Source: Euprymna scolopes (Eukaryota). Taken from it: a stretch of 64,000 bases of DNA. A model generated the notes under the pieces. The model was not told the origin of the DNA. It was given only the letters and a program-made list of their open reading frames with translations, and did no database searches. The DNA lies in assembly GCA_053919585.1 (NCBI GenBank), contig CM132783.1; one strand, given 5' to 3'. Shown piece by piece: positions 1 through 12,765 of the stretch (positions are counted from its first letter, which is position 1; every line of letters starts with the position of its first letter). The translations under genes and the position numbers were made by a program.

Positions 1-129
1 ACAAAAATAAATTCTTCCTTTTTTAACGTACACATATTTTAATACCCAAATGAGTTGTGTTTTTTTTTTTTTTTTACATATTTCAATACATAAATATATA
101 TTTATTTTGGAACAGAATAAAAGCCTTCC

Positions 130-1290
130 TTATTATACAAAGGATAGCATGCACCTGAGCAGGCGGGATTTTCAGATCGTCTAGCGTGGTGTCTGTCGGC
201 ATAGGAAATTCAGGTAGGGAGTGGTTGGACGGGTCCAGTGTGGAGTTTGAGGCAAACCGACTGGCAAGCATGTTAGCCTTAGCGGTTGCTGAGCAAACAA
301 CCTCGTGATTGATGGTTTGTGGGGGAATTGTCGATTGCCTATTATTTACTACACTGTTGCAGATTTTCTAGAACTCATGAGTTCCTAGTTTTTGTGCTTT
401 GATGCGTTTTTAGTGGTTTCCATAAATTTTTCCCTTATATGACACTATTTCTTTCTTAACGTTGCTTCTAGCTTCTATGTACTTCTGTTTGAACTGGACT
501 TATGTCGGTTAAATCTGCGGTATGCATGCTGCCTTTGAGCAATGGCAGTTGCGCAAGTCGAAGTAAACCATTGCGGAGAGTCGGGCTTGCTATAGAATTT
601 CCGCATGGGAACATGCGCTTCGATTGCCGTTTTGAACCATTCAGTGGTCTCGTTTGCACACTGTCCAGCAGGAAGAGAAAACATATTTCGCCATGGGGCG
701 TCTCTGATAAGATCTCTGATGGCTTCGCAGTCAGCCTTTTTAAAATATCTCGTTGTTTTGAGCAATGACTCTTCAGTTTTGGGTCTAGAGTTTAGAGCGA
801 TTTCAACCATTATCACTGGATGATCAGCGTCTCCAATGGGTGTCGGCATTCGTTGTACAATCATCAGGACCTGTGGTCAAAAACAGATCAAAAAGTGATG
901 CGTGTTGTTCTTCCTGGTCAGGGAAACGGGTTGTAAAAGTAAGAATTTGTGATAGGAAGTGAGATATAGAGAAGCTATGAGCTGTGCAGCCGGCTGCATC
1001 TGTGTAAGTATAGAATCCAAGCCAGAGAATCAAATTAATTTACGTTCTGCTATCAGAAAATCGGAAAACGGAAATACTCCAGAAAATTTGATCTTTTTAG
1101 CATTCTAGCACATAAATATTTTGTGTCATCACAGAAGGATCTATTTGTCTTTGACTGTAAGATTATAAATCTAGAACATGTACAGAAGAGCAACTCATTG
1201 AGAATTCTTCATCACCAGGTCTTGTATAGAATACCTACCCAGCGGAAACTCTTCTTAAATTAAACATGACTTCCATTTCAAGAATGATGA
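130..1290 (-). mobile_element. CR1-group non-LTR retrotransposon fragment (APE endonuclease C-terminal half and linker), frameshifted
   Basis: ORFs 824-1033 (TRFPD...SLFDLFLT), 475-864 (PIGDADH = SDH motif; YFKKAD...IRD.PW; PQWF) and 83-271 (FASNSTLD) follow LINE ORF2 order. Confidence 0.85.
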
Positions 1291-1310
1291 TAAGATGTAT
1301 ATATTCTAGC

Positions 1311-1311
<1 letters not shown>

Positions 1312-1376
<65 letters not shown>
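1312..1376. repeat. (TA)n microsatellite; similar tracts near 3253, 6020, 6330, 6618, 9210, 10185, 17338, 18394, 24236, 28180, 44328, 44856, 52220
   Basis: Direct inspection. Confidence 0.97.
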
Positions 1377-1378
<2 letters not shown>

Positions 1379-1719
1379 TTGCATCTCTAGTATCTATATA
1401 ATTTGGACATAGTCGTTACTGCCAGAGTCTTTGTGCGTGCTATTCTTTTGTGCATGTAGTGTGTACCAAATGTAAGAAGATATCCAGCCACGTAACGGTT
1501 CTCGTATTTTGTCGGGATTATGCATGGCTGTGTCTGAAAAAGACTTTGTTTTATTTTTTGAGTATTATTTATTTGACTTTTTCACTTTTTCTAGCAACCC
1601 TCTCATCGTACAATCGATTCAGATTTTTTCGTTTTCCTTCTTAGATGAAGATTCTCGCATTAACTCTGAAGTTTAGACGGTCGAACTTTAAAAATCGAAC
1701 TGAACTCTAAACTGCGGAC

Positions 1720-2330
1720 TGTCTCCGACAACTCATATACAGCCCAATTTAATGTAAGGAATGTTGATGGGGCCGCATGCAAGTTTACATGTTGTCAAAG
1801 AACACAATGGGTGTTATCAATGTCTTCGGTAATATTTCTTGAACACTTTGTACCCAACTTGACACAATAAAGTGGCGTTCAACTCAGTATCGTATCAATG
1901 GCACATAACACTAAGCGCTCAAGTCTCCCATTCACATAATACTTTCTTTTCTTCGGTCACAATAAGTCTCGAAAGGTAGCTATACGGTTAAATGTGAGAA
2001 GCTATACTGCACATGTTTCACGGATCCAATCAAGGATCTAACACCAGTAATACTTTTAGTGATGCGTAAGTGTGGAATTGTTTCTATTATTTTCTGTTGA
2101 GGTGCACCGATATTTGCTGTAACCAGAAATCATCGAAAGCCTGTCTTTATTTAAGCAAAATAAAAGTCGTCTGGATTAAATGTAATTCCTTGTGTTTGCA
2201 ATAGCTTATGCAGACAAGTGTGTATAAGAAATTACGTTATTGAGTCGTCTCATATGAGGCTGTCATATATGCATCTGGTTTTACTCGCCGTATCGACAGT
2301 CATGTCATTAAACTGACAGGTTTATCCACC
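1720..2330 (-). mobile_element. Gypsy LTR-retrotransposon pol remnant (RT end/connection/RNase H)
   Basis: Minus strand reads KTRCIYDSLI (C-[IV]-DD-like motif), GITFNPD.F.FA, KSITGVRSLIG, FRDLL, with stops and frameshifts. Confidence 0.65.
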
Positions 2331-2471
2331 CCTAATTAATGAAAGTTTCTACGCACATACAGTGTATCAAACATTTTAGGACATGAGAAACATTTGGCCA
2401 GATATTTAACAATATATCTTCATGATAATTAGGGTTCCCCAAAATAACAAATAATATAACAATTGAATTAA

Positions 2472-3180
2472 AACCCCTGCCAAAAAACCTGAGTACACCC
2501 TTAATGGAATATCATTATCTAGAACTATAATTACTATGCTGAGTGTATTAAAACTTGAGAGGTAGAAAGTAGACTGTTCTTTCTCTTTTCGATGACAACG
2601 TTGCAGAGGTTCTATCACCTTCTACATACATGCTTAGCTAGTCGCTCAATTTAATGCTCACGCTAGTCAATAAATAGGAATCATGTTGAGGCCATGTTTG
2701 CGGGCAATGTAATGCTAGAACGCAGTTTCTGCACGGAGTGATGGTATGCCCTACTGTTGTATTTCACAGAAAATGTTGGAATTCATGTTCCGTCAATCAA
2801 ATGTAACACTTCAACACCTGCAGAAATAATGAGCTTCGAAGCATGACATTCCGAACACCATGATTCACTGTAGCGGTGACACATTTATTTTTGTAAATCT
2901 AACCTGGTCGCCATTACACATGCTTAATGTCATTGTAACTAACAAATTATTACTCATCCCATTAGACAATATGTCAAGTAATGCATCTGATCTGTTTTCA
3001 TGTCCTCAGCAAATTATTAGGATGCGTTCTTGTAAATTTCCCGAGGAGAGACATTTTTCATGGGTTACAGGCATGTACACCAATTTGCTTTAAAGTGGGA
3101 TATCCGGTCTGGGCCTTACATTCACCTCTTCAATCACTTAAACAATGATCACAGGTGTACTCAATTTTGTTAGCAGTTAT
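2472..3180 (-). mobile_element. Internally deleted Tc1-like element with degenerate TIRs
   Basis: Left ctgccaaaaaacctgagtacacc vs right ggtgtactcaattttgttagcag (inverted). Internal minus-strand remnants resemble the GG.VMVW, MNS..Y..IL and FQHDN.PKH motifs. Confidence 0.7.
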
Positions 3181-3250
3181 TTCACTTTTAATAGTAATAA
3201 TCCAAGTAGTATGCATATTTATAGAAGGAACAACAAAATAGAATTACCGC

Positions 3251-3323
<73 letters not shown>

Positions 3324-3379
3324 CTTTTTTATAAAACATAATTTAGAATGTTTTTTTAGCTTTTCACATCTCTCACTGG

Positions 3380-4070
3380 CTTTTGAAACTCCATTTTCCA
3401 TTATTTAATACTTGATGCTGAGATGAAAAGTGGAAATCGTCATGCCACTTTTTTGTACGTATCGAATTGTATTACTTATCATATTATCGATCGTGTACAC
3501 CCAATCGGCGGTCAAAATCATGTTTACGCTTTTAATTATTCATCCAGTTCAATTGAAAGCATTTACACATATATGCGAACAACATAGTGTGCTATTTTTA
3601 CTCTAGAATGACTGTAGTTTTGTAATACTCCTGATAACTTATATAAGTTGTGTTAAATTTCACATCGAAAATAAATTGTGATTTAAAACCAATTAAACTG
3701 TGTCCGCTAATCGATTTTAGCTCATAAAAAAGACAGCGAATAGTCATTTAATTGCCAATCTTACTATGCTCTCTGTATAAATTGTAATTATTGCCTAAAA
3801 TTACTTGTCGAAATGAAAAAAAACAACAAAAACACAAAAAATGTAATTGGTTAATTAATAAAATGTTTTCACTTTTGGTTTAATGATTAAATAAATCGAT
3901 TGAAATTTGAGGAGATTGGGTGCATGTATTTAAATTCGTGTCTGTCTTGGGGGAAATCGATTTAGTTTGATTTTTGTGTTTATTTCATGCACACTTAATG
4001 AACGGCTTTTGTTCGCTGAAAGTAGAATATCATTTTTATTTCAGCACGTTTAAAATGTCATTTCAAGGTA
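3380..4070. mobile_element. Possible old MITE/fold-back element
   Basis: Patchy inverted similarity: tgctgagatgaaaagtg vs cattttatttcagca, and cacccaatc vs gattgggtg. Confidence 0.3.
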
Positions 4071-6039
4071 TAATCAGTGACTACCGAAATCATACGAAAT
4101 TATATAAGGAAGTTACCGAAAAGAGAATTAAAATATTTATTAGGACTAGATAAGAACATATAGTATTAAAAATAAAATGTAAATTTTAATTAATTTTATT
4201 TTTACTTTATAATTAATTTAACTAAAACCTCATCCAGCACCAATTTTCAACCTCTGTATTCGAAAATTTGCTAAAATATTAAATTGTTTAAGAAATGATA
4301 TATGTTTTTGAAAATAAAAGTTGCACTTTTTTTGCATTGTCTATTTGTTTAACGTGTATTACTGAACATATAGTCCTTCCCAAACAGGGGATTTGCTATA
4401 ATTATTTTACCCCTTTCATACGATAACACTGTTACCGGACATGTGCACCTCCTTCAGCTTTAGGTCCTATAATCTGACGTGTATCAAGTATTATCTTTAC
4501 TAAAACACGACAGAAAAAAACCTTGTATATCCTGAAGAAGTGTATTTTACGATTCATAAATGTAATTTTTTAAAACATTAATAAATAGATGTGTTTGTTA
4601 AATACATTTTAAACGTAAATCTTCTAAATTCTGATAAGCGTTAATTTTAATTCTGGTNNNNNNNNNNNNNNNNNNNNNNNNNNNNNNNNNNNNNNNNNNN
4701 NNNNNNNNNNNNNNNNNNNNNNNNNNNNNNNNNNNNNNNNNNNNNNNNNNNNNNNNNNNNNNNNNNNNNNNNNNNNNNNNNNNNNNNNNNNNNNNNNNNN
4801 NNNNNNNAAATTCTAAACATCATATTAAATATTATTGTAAAATAGTTTTAATAAGGATATTTCAACCTAATACAGTTTTATATGATATTTAACTAGATTT
4901 TCGAATTACTTTATTTTCGAAAATTAACACTCATTTAGATCTGATTTTGTTTATTCAAAAACAACTATTTTGAACACAAAAAATCATATCACTTGTCGTC
5001 GCGGGCTATAAAATAACAATCTTAGCCCTAGGATCCAAATGTGGCTGCAATGAAGTTCTGTGAGTTAGATCACCTGCAATGGATGACAATTATGTTTCAG
5101 TCCCAAGTTCTTACATTTGTGTCACATTCTAGGGAGAAAAAAGTTCATTCGCAGCATGAAAATACACAACGATTCAATGATAATTTTAGTTTAAATGAAC
5201 CACGCGAGTAATCGTAATAATACCTGCCTTACACATATTAATTACGATTAATTTTACAATAAAACACTATTTTCTTCAAATTTGTGATCGCGTTTGTTGA
5301 CAAAGGCGTTAAGTGCAATCAACAGTAACGTTAAGTTTTATTGTAAACATTTCCGTAAATACTAACAGAGGTATTTCCACAATAAATATGTTTAATATAA
5401 ACGACTGTCTCATGTCTTATCGACATGATAGTGTTAAAAAAAGAATATTCTTTTACAAGTGCGCTGTCATATGTGAGAGGCCACCGTCTGCGGATACACA
5501 CATAATATATTTATATACACACACAATATATATATATATATATATATTTATTTATTTGTCCATGTCTATATATATATTGATATATATTCGTATATGTGTA
5601 TATATGTTCATATACATTCGTATATGTATATATATATATATATATATACTTATATATATATACATATTCATATACACATTAGAAAAACTATGAGTTGAAA
5701 TTTACAATAAAATTAAATGTTCGACCGAATGCTCTAAAAACAATTTAAAAAAACTCCTTTTACCGCGGAAGAATGCTATTTTTGCTATTCTCCTAAGTAT
5801 TGGGCAGAAAACTGTAAATTGTGTTTGGAATATTCACTCGAACAATAATCATTATTGTAAATTTCATCCTATAGTTGTACTATCTACTCGCTATTACCTG
5901 TGTATTGATTTTTTTTATTCGTATACGATCAAATATCTTTATAATAAATGCTGATATTTTTTTTAGATTGAAGTTTATTATTGCCTATATAAGATAAACA
6001 CTGCATTTTCTCTGATTTTTATATATATATATATATATG

Positions 6040-6103
<64 letters not shown>

Positions 6104-6184
6104 AGCAATGCTCTTTGTGGGAAAAAAATCGAACAGGTAGTTCGAAAAATGTAAAAACACCGTTAAACTCACGACTAGCTCAGC

Positions 6185-6325
6185 AGCAACCGATAACGTA
6201 GTTGTTAGGAGCATTGACTGTCGTACACGCAGTCAGGTTTCAATCCTGGCGTGAGGTAGTTCCCTGTCTGGTCGCACTGATGAACTGTGAAACAGACAAA
6301 CAGTGCTGTATGTGGATGACTATAA
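6185..6325 (+). mobile_element. tRNA-derived SINE-like element with a degenerate type I hammerhead ribozyme
   Basis: A-box-like TAACGTAGTTG (6194-6204); T-arm tcagg-tttcaat-cctgg with B-box GGTTTCAATCC (6236-6246); then cgca-CTGATGA-a-ctgt-gaa-acag-ac-AAA-cagtgctg-TA-tgtg. Confidence 0.65.
6273..6314 (+). ncRNA. Hammerhead ribozyme motif, type I (G12 position mutated, probably inactive)
   Basis: CUGAUGA 6277-6283; stem II ctgt/acag; (G>C)AAA; stem III cag/ctg; GUA cleavage triplet ending 6310; stem I cgca/tgtg. Confidence 0.6.
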
Positions 6326-6326
6326 A

Positions 6327-6377
<51 letters not shown>

Positions 6378-6613
6378 TATTCTCGACGTGTTTTTCAATA
6401 TTTTTTTATAATCTTGTAAAACATTTTAACATTTTTTATAGACGTCGTTATTATGCTTTTCATGGAGTACCTTTTAATATAGAGTTTAATAGTAGCTTAA
6501 GTATAAAAATTGTTTTAATTAAGTGTATATTTACTGCAATAGGATGGCTGCCAGCAACTATATTCGTGTATACTCTTAATTTTATTGAGTTTCCGAATAC
6601 ACACACACACACA

Positions 6614-6665
<52 letters not shown>

Positions 6666-7501
6666 TATATATATATACATTTGTGATTATGCATATATAC
6701 TTATATAATTCGGTTACATATGCATATATATATATGTGTGTGTGTGTGTATGCGTGTGTGTGTTCGTATAAATATAAATTAATTGGTATCTAAAATTTGA
6801 TATACATACTCTTTGAATATTGATTTTCTCCATACATAATCGACAAACACACGTGCATACACACACACTGAAACGTATACATGCACACACATACACACAC
6901 TCGAACACATATAGATGTAATGTATTCGAAGTCTACGATTTTGTGAACATATGTGAAAATTGATTTTTCTACGGAATATAAATGTTACCAATTTGTCTGT
7001 GAATAAATTACTCCATTTAAAGTTGACCTCTATCCTGTTGATCTCACAGACTTGCCTTATATAAAACAAAACAACAATAAACAAAGAATGCATAATTACG
7101 TTCATACAAAATCTTGGAAAATTTGCCGCAATAATTTACTGAAATATTAATTTGCTTACTTTCACAAACATCGGCTTTATAATTGATTAGATACATGGTG
7201 TTGTTTTTTAGAATCTATTTCTATCTGCTATATAATGGGTATTAAAATAATTTAAAATATTAGCAAATCCAAAAGAAAATAAGAAACTTTATTTGATTTC
7301 AATGAATATTCTTATAATACAGGAGTTGAATTGCCACATACATTTTTTTTTAGTTTTAAACTCCAGCAAAATTTACATAACGTAAAATTGTAATTTTTTT
7401 AGATTTCATTTTAATAGCATTTCTAAATTGTATTTTACGAAGTTCGTAAAGGTGAACATTGAACACAGATAAATTTCCAAGTAAATCCTTTATCGTTGAT
7501 A

Positions 7502-7810
7502 ACTTTGATACAACATCTAGGACCACTCGACCATATGTCCTCGTTACATATGGCCGAGTGGTCCTAGACGTTGTATCAAAGTCTAAAGTTACCCACAGGT
7601 GCTTCGTTCAATCCTGAACGAAGGCAGTGAAAAGTAACATTCAGAACAGAGAATCAGCACTATGTCCCAGAGCCTAGCTGAAGTCCGAATACGGTACCCC
7701 CGCAATAATAATAATAATAATAAAGGGTTGGGTTTGACACTCCTAACAAACGGTTCCACAGTTCGATACAAAACACCTGATGAAGGACGGAGGGAAAAAC
7801 TACTTTTTTG
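7502..7810 (+). mobile_element. tRNA-headed SINE-like/PLE-associated element with an inverted duplicate of its head
   Basis: A-box TGGCCGAGTGG (7551-7561), B-box-like GTTCAATCC (7606-7614), 37-bp inverted repeat 7502-7538/7546-7582, (AAT)n tract, then PLE-type acacCTGATGAagg at 7777-7783. Confidence 0.6.
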
Positions 7811-7989
7811 GATGTCTACAATGCGTTTATTTAACAAAAGAAGCAGCGCCTAGTCTGGACGCCACTCGAGCATATGGGTAAATGAGTGTAGATTAGTTCA
7901 TAGGAAAATATCGTAGTAACTGTTAGCAGTGTAAATTTGGCAAATTGGATTGGGTTGGCTCATAAAGAACTTATTACCGTTGGGCGTGA

Positions 7990-8520
7990 AGACGAATATA
8001 TATTAGCCAGTGTGAAAGCAAGAAAAAGGAAAAGAGTTCCGCAAGCGTGACGTTCAAAGAAAGATGTTTATCATGGAATCTAAGTTTAGGTTAAGGCTGA
8101 GATTAAGACGTTAGGAAATTATTGGTAGTGGTTTTAGGTGGACGAGTATTTTTGTGAAAGTCACTCTGGGGGAACATCGATTGGATCTCGGACGAGCTCT
8201 CACAATGAAAATAACCATAAATAATAGACAGGCTAGCAACGTCCCTTCTGTGGAAAAAACTTTCATGAAAAAGGAAAGGCCATCCTTCCTTGGCTACGAA
8301 GTCTATATTGAACTCTGCCAGTGGCAGGATAAGCTGATCTGGCACCTTATCCTGCCCGGATGTTTCAACTGCACTCCACCATTGGAGGTAATTGGCTATT
8401 ATAGAGGTGGAGAATTGCATCAGCAGTGAAATATCTACTTGGCCGACCCCACCATTTTTCCAGCAGCCTTAGCAACGGATTTGATGTGCGTGTTCACACC
8501 TAGAAGCTTGCCAAAATAAA
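7990..8520 (-). mobile_element. CR1-group LINE 3' fragment (post-RT C-terminus)
   Basis: ORF 8103-8420 contains FHRRDVASLSIIYGYFHCESSSEI, a typical ORF2 C-terminal motif also seen near 52.4 kb and 54 kb. Confidence 0.8.
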
Positions 8521-8539
8521 GCGTTTTTTTTTTTCAAAC

Positions 8540-8776
8540 GATAGATTCGGTTAATATTAGCTTCGTCTCGACGCTCGATTTTTTGTTTATTTATTTTAGA
8601 AAGTCGCCCATAATTTGTTTGGACGTACATATAACATTTTTTATGTGTTTTTATTATTTTTCAAACAGTAATCTACCTACACGCATGTTTAGAGTTAATT
8701 AACTCCCATCACCGAAGCACAACTCTTTCTAGGGATGTTTCCACAGTCCGTCACCTTAACCATTAGGCCACGAACC
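8540..8776 (-). mobile_element. tRNA-derived SINE-like element (minus strand), possibly ending in a decayed hammerhead
   Basis: Minus strand starts tggttcgTGGCCTAATGGttaaggtgacggactg (A-box/D-arm-like) and ends gagcgtcgagacGAAGctaatattaacc. Confidence 0.45.
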
Positions 8777-9208
8777 ATAGATGAATTTACTGTTTATTTT
8801 TATCGCTAATGAATTTAGATTTTTTGTTGTTTTTTTATCGTTTGAAAAAAAAACGACAAAAACAAATCATGCGAGAGTAATTAAACTAGAAATAAAAAAT
8901 TTAAAAATTCCAGACGTTTGCAAATTTGCAGGAGAGAAAATACGGTATATACAAGCGTTAAGTAAAGCTTAATTTCTTACCTTCTGCAATTTGTAAAGGT
9001 GTGGCAACTTTTTAATTTTTTCATTTTAATTTTTCTTGTCTGATGAAATCACATATGATTGAAACGGTCTTCACATCATAGTTTGATATTACTGTATTTA
9101 CATACAAAATAATAAAAACGTATATATTTGCTCTCTTTGATTGAGCACTATCAACAACTTTTGTTGAAATTCAATTATTCTTAATTTTTGGATATCTGCC
9201 TACCTGTA

Positions 9209-9268
<60 letters not shown>

Positions 9269-9319
9269 GGAGAGATATATAAATATTAGATAGGTGATGG
9301 TTTATATATATATATATAT

Positions 9320-9362
<43 letters not shown>

Positions 9363-10181
9363 TATACATACACGGGTGTGTGTTTCATGCCTGTGTCAAT
9401 GTATATTATAAGCTAATATAACGTGTAGTGGTGTATATAACAGTGTTAATTGTATCTAATAAATGTGTATGTACAGTACAGATAATAGAGCTATTCTTGC
9501 GCTTTCATGCGTATATAATGTTTATTCTGGGTTTTACTCACAGTGCACATATTTTACTAACTTGTTTAAATAAATATCATGGATATATTTGTTTTATAAT
9601 GAACGAAGAGAAATAGATCTGCTTTTATTAGACTTAAAGAACCACATATAGCACTTATTTGCCAAAACTCCAAAAGAACTCTAGACCTGTCAGTTATATT
9701 TTACGTGGGCATATTCATATTATACATTTCCTTGTCAGCCTTTTCTTACTGCGTCTTTTTCCCTGTTGTAAATGTGCCTAAGGAGGTCGTGAACACATAT
9801 GTAACTAACATGTTTCTCGTTAACTCTCTAGCTTGCTATCTTCTTAGAAATTGATCTACGTGTAAATATAAAATTCATTACACCATCTGTATTCATCCAT
9901 TTCTGTGTATGTTTCACTTATCATTGCTTATATTATCGTTACATTAAATATCATACTGTCTCTGAGAATTCTATAATATACTTCGTTGATTTTATTTCTG
10001 ATTTACATTCTTGGCCAAATGTTCCAAGCTATAAATAAATATCTTCCTAAATCTAGCTCTTTTATTTTCTAATATTCCTCGGCATTTTTCCGGTATATTA
10101 ATATATTACTACTATAAGGACAAGCATTTTCACAAGTAGTTATTTTTAGGCTGCAATTAGTAGACGCGTAAAAACGTAAAC

Positions 10182-10220
<39 letters not shown>

Positions 10221-10699
10221 GTAAAACTTGCCAACAAATAAAAAGGATAGATCTATTATAAACTGTACAAATATATAGACATGGCAATCATTTTTGCAAA
10301 GGAAAATGTATTTAAGAATTCAATAAAATTTACAACACAGATCATGTGTATGTTTTTCAGTCGGCAAGTTTTAGATTAAAAATAAATAAAAATATAATAT
10401 TTAATCATATAAGTATCGTGCTCATTCCAAATATTTTTATTTTCTATTAATAATTAAATAAAATAATACAACTTATGACTTGTGGCTCGAACGTATATGA
10501 CGTAAACTTAAATTTTCACAAGGTCTAAGAATAGAATTGGACTATATTTCGGCAACAAGGCATCTAAAGTGTTCTTGCAAATAATCGGTCCTGTCAAACT
10601 TATTAGGGCAGACATAGATATGTACATACTCACCTATATATTTTCCTACGGGGAAGAATATAAACATTCACTTATTAAAATTTTCTTTTGAATTTCACA

Positions 10700-11600
10700 T
10701 TTAAATTGCTGTTAATATTTGTAAATTTGCAAACGCTGATCGGCTGTCATCCTTTTCATGATAGACTTGTCGAAGAAGAGCAAAAAAAAATACCGATAAT
10801 TGCAAGATCCGCAATTAAAATAAATAGAGTGATCAATGCAAAGTCTTTTATTTCCAAACTATGTCAACTTAACTATAAGCGACACTATATAAGTTATTAT
10901 ACCAAATCTGCAAATAAAAAACATAATTCATTTTTTAGACAATATTCAGCATTTAAAAATTAGCATTGCCCTACATTGACGTCATGATCCCAACAACACA
11001 TGCAATCTGTCTTAGATTACAAATATTATACTTATATGTGTTGAAAATAATTAATTATACTCGAGAAGAGATCAACCATTTGCACCATTCTATTTTCAAT
11101 TTAACTGTAACAAGTGTTCAAAAAAATCATAATCACCCGAAATCTATTTTTATTAAAAAAAAAACATTTAAAAAACTGAGAGGTCGATATATGGTTAAAA
11201 GCAGAACACCACATTCTTCCATTTCCATTAGTCTTCAAAGGACAGCATACACATTTCATGGCAATATTAATTTTTCCAATCTGAACATATTATATTTGGA
11301 TTGCAAAAATTCCTCTTTAGAACAAAGTACCGTAGGTTTGACCAACATATGTAACATACAAATGTCTTATGTCTAGACTATAAGGCGTAATTGTATGTAA
11401 CTTTAGAACGCAATTTTAGGCACATTCCGTCGTTTTATTAAAATCTTATGTTTCATCCTTGAAGAACCATCATTAAAATCGCAACCATTCTTAGAGGATG
11501 TAGTTCAATTTTTTCCTTTAAATATCCAGTTCTCTTTCTGCTCCTAGTAATCCCCATGAGGATTTCTGCACTTGCAACAGATAGAGGTTCACCCTTCATT
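10700..11600 (-). mobile_element. P-element/THAP9-like transposase relic
   Basis: Minus-strand remnants in P-transposase order: CLKLRSK.TYNY, CMLSFED (like CxLxFDEM), CCWDH (like VCDQG), FLFAD...VKL (like FxDxPHLIK); heavily degraded. Confidence 0.45.
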
Positions 11601-11899
11601 ACACGATCATAAACTCATAGACATAACATAACATTTCCCTTTTTCGATTCAACAACAACAAAGTCTCCCCGGACTAATTCTGCTCAGTCTGATTGGCTTA
11701 ACTCTTTACTCTAGATTAATGGTATCAGCATGCTACATTACTTAACTACAGTCTCATAATGATGTCTACTTTTACTCTTGGAGTAAATTGATACGTCTAT
11801 TTTCTTACATTTAACTGTGTAAGTTTCCATTTTCTCCCTCGGTCATTCTTTCTCTTCCTCTTTCTGTGTCTATATAATTATCTAAACTATGAATATTTC

Positions 11900-12110
11900 G
11901 GTCTCTCTCTCGCTCTCTGTCTATATCTCTCTCACACACACAACACACTCTCTCTCTCTCTCTTTATTTATTTTCTCTCTCTCCAGCTCTATTTCTGGCT
12001 TTTTACATTTCTTTTTTATACCGGAGAAAATTAAAATTCACGCCAATGCCAAATTATTATTACCCAACCTCCCCTCTTTATTTCTCTCTCTTTCTCTCTC
12101 GCTCGCTTTG
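11900..12110. repeat. (CT)n/(CA)n-rich low-complexity tract
   Basis: Direct inspection. Confidence 0.8.
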
Positions 12111-12414
12111 TGCATTTGTTTTAGTAATTGATAATATTTTTGAAACGTAGTAATTTGATCATATGTACTTTATTTAAATAAATTTATTTAAGCTTGCGCT
12201 ATCTATTACGATCATCGCCAAATTAAAAATAAATGTTTCGCAAATACCATTTACTGGATTCTTGACACTGCGACACGTTAACATTTTTTTATGGGTAAGC
12301 GATACATTAGTGCATTAGGTCTACCTTCATAACTATGCTTTTTTTTAAACATATTAACATTTTTGGGAGACACGGATTATACAGATAAAAAAGAACCGTA
12401 TTGTCCACTGTAAT

Positions 12415-12765
12415 TCACTGGCTGCCAGGTTTGTATGCACGCGCGATAAACAAATATATAATTCCATACCGACGGTTCTGGATATGACCTTAAACTATAT
12501 CCGATTGTCAGGCCCCAGCTTGCGGGTTTTGGGGAGTGGTGAGCTACCCTTTAATTGTAATTGCTCTCATGTCAACTCTGACCCAAAATTGTAGTACCTG
12601 TTAGGGTTCCAACTGTTGGTTAAATTAGAACTGACTTGATAAAAACAAATATGATCTATTTCCATATTTTTCTTCAAAATCCCGCGGTTCAGCATTAAAT
12701 ACCCAGAAAAGGGGTGATATGGCGTAAAAAAAAAGAACAAAAAAAACAACAATCAACCCATACAT
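12415..12765 (+). mobile_element. SINE-like interspersed repeat
   Basis: GC-richer block (ggatatgaccttaaac...caactctgaccc...gtagtacctgttagggttcc) ending in gggtgatatggcgtaaaa plus an A-rich aaac/aacc tail. Confidence 0.45.

Noticed and set aside
3145-7105. ORFs with [10 protein letters not shown] runs (e.g. 5313-5693, 6326-6793)
   Set aside because: Translations of (TA)n/(TG)n microsatellites that lack stop codons.
7546-7625. Functional tRNA gene (also 6190-6255 and 8700-8776)
   Set aside because: A/B boxes are present, but no complete cloverleaf or acceptor stem can be drawn; treated as SINE heads.
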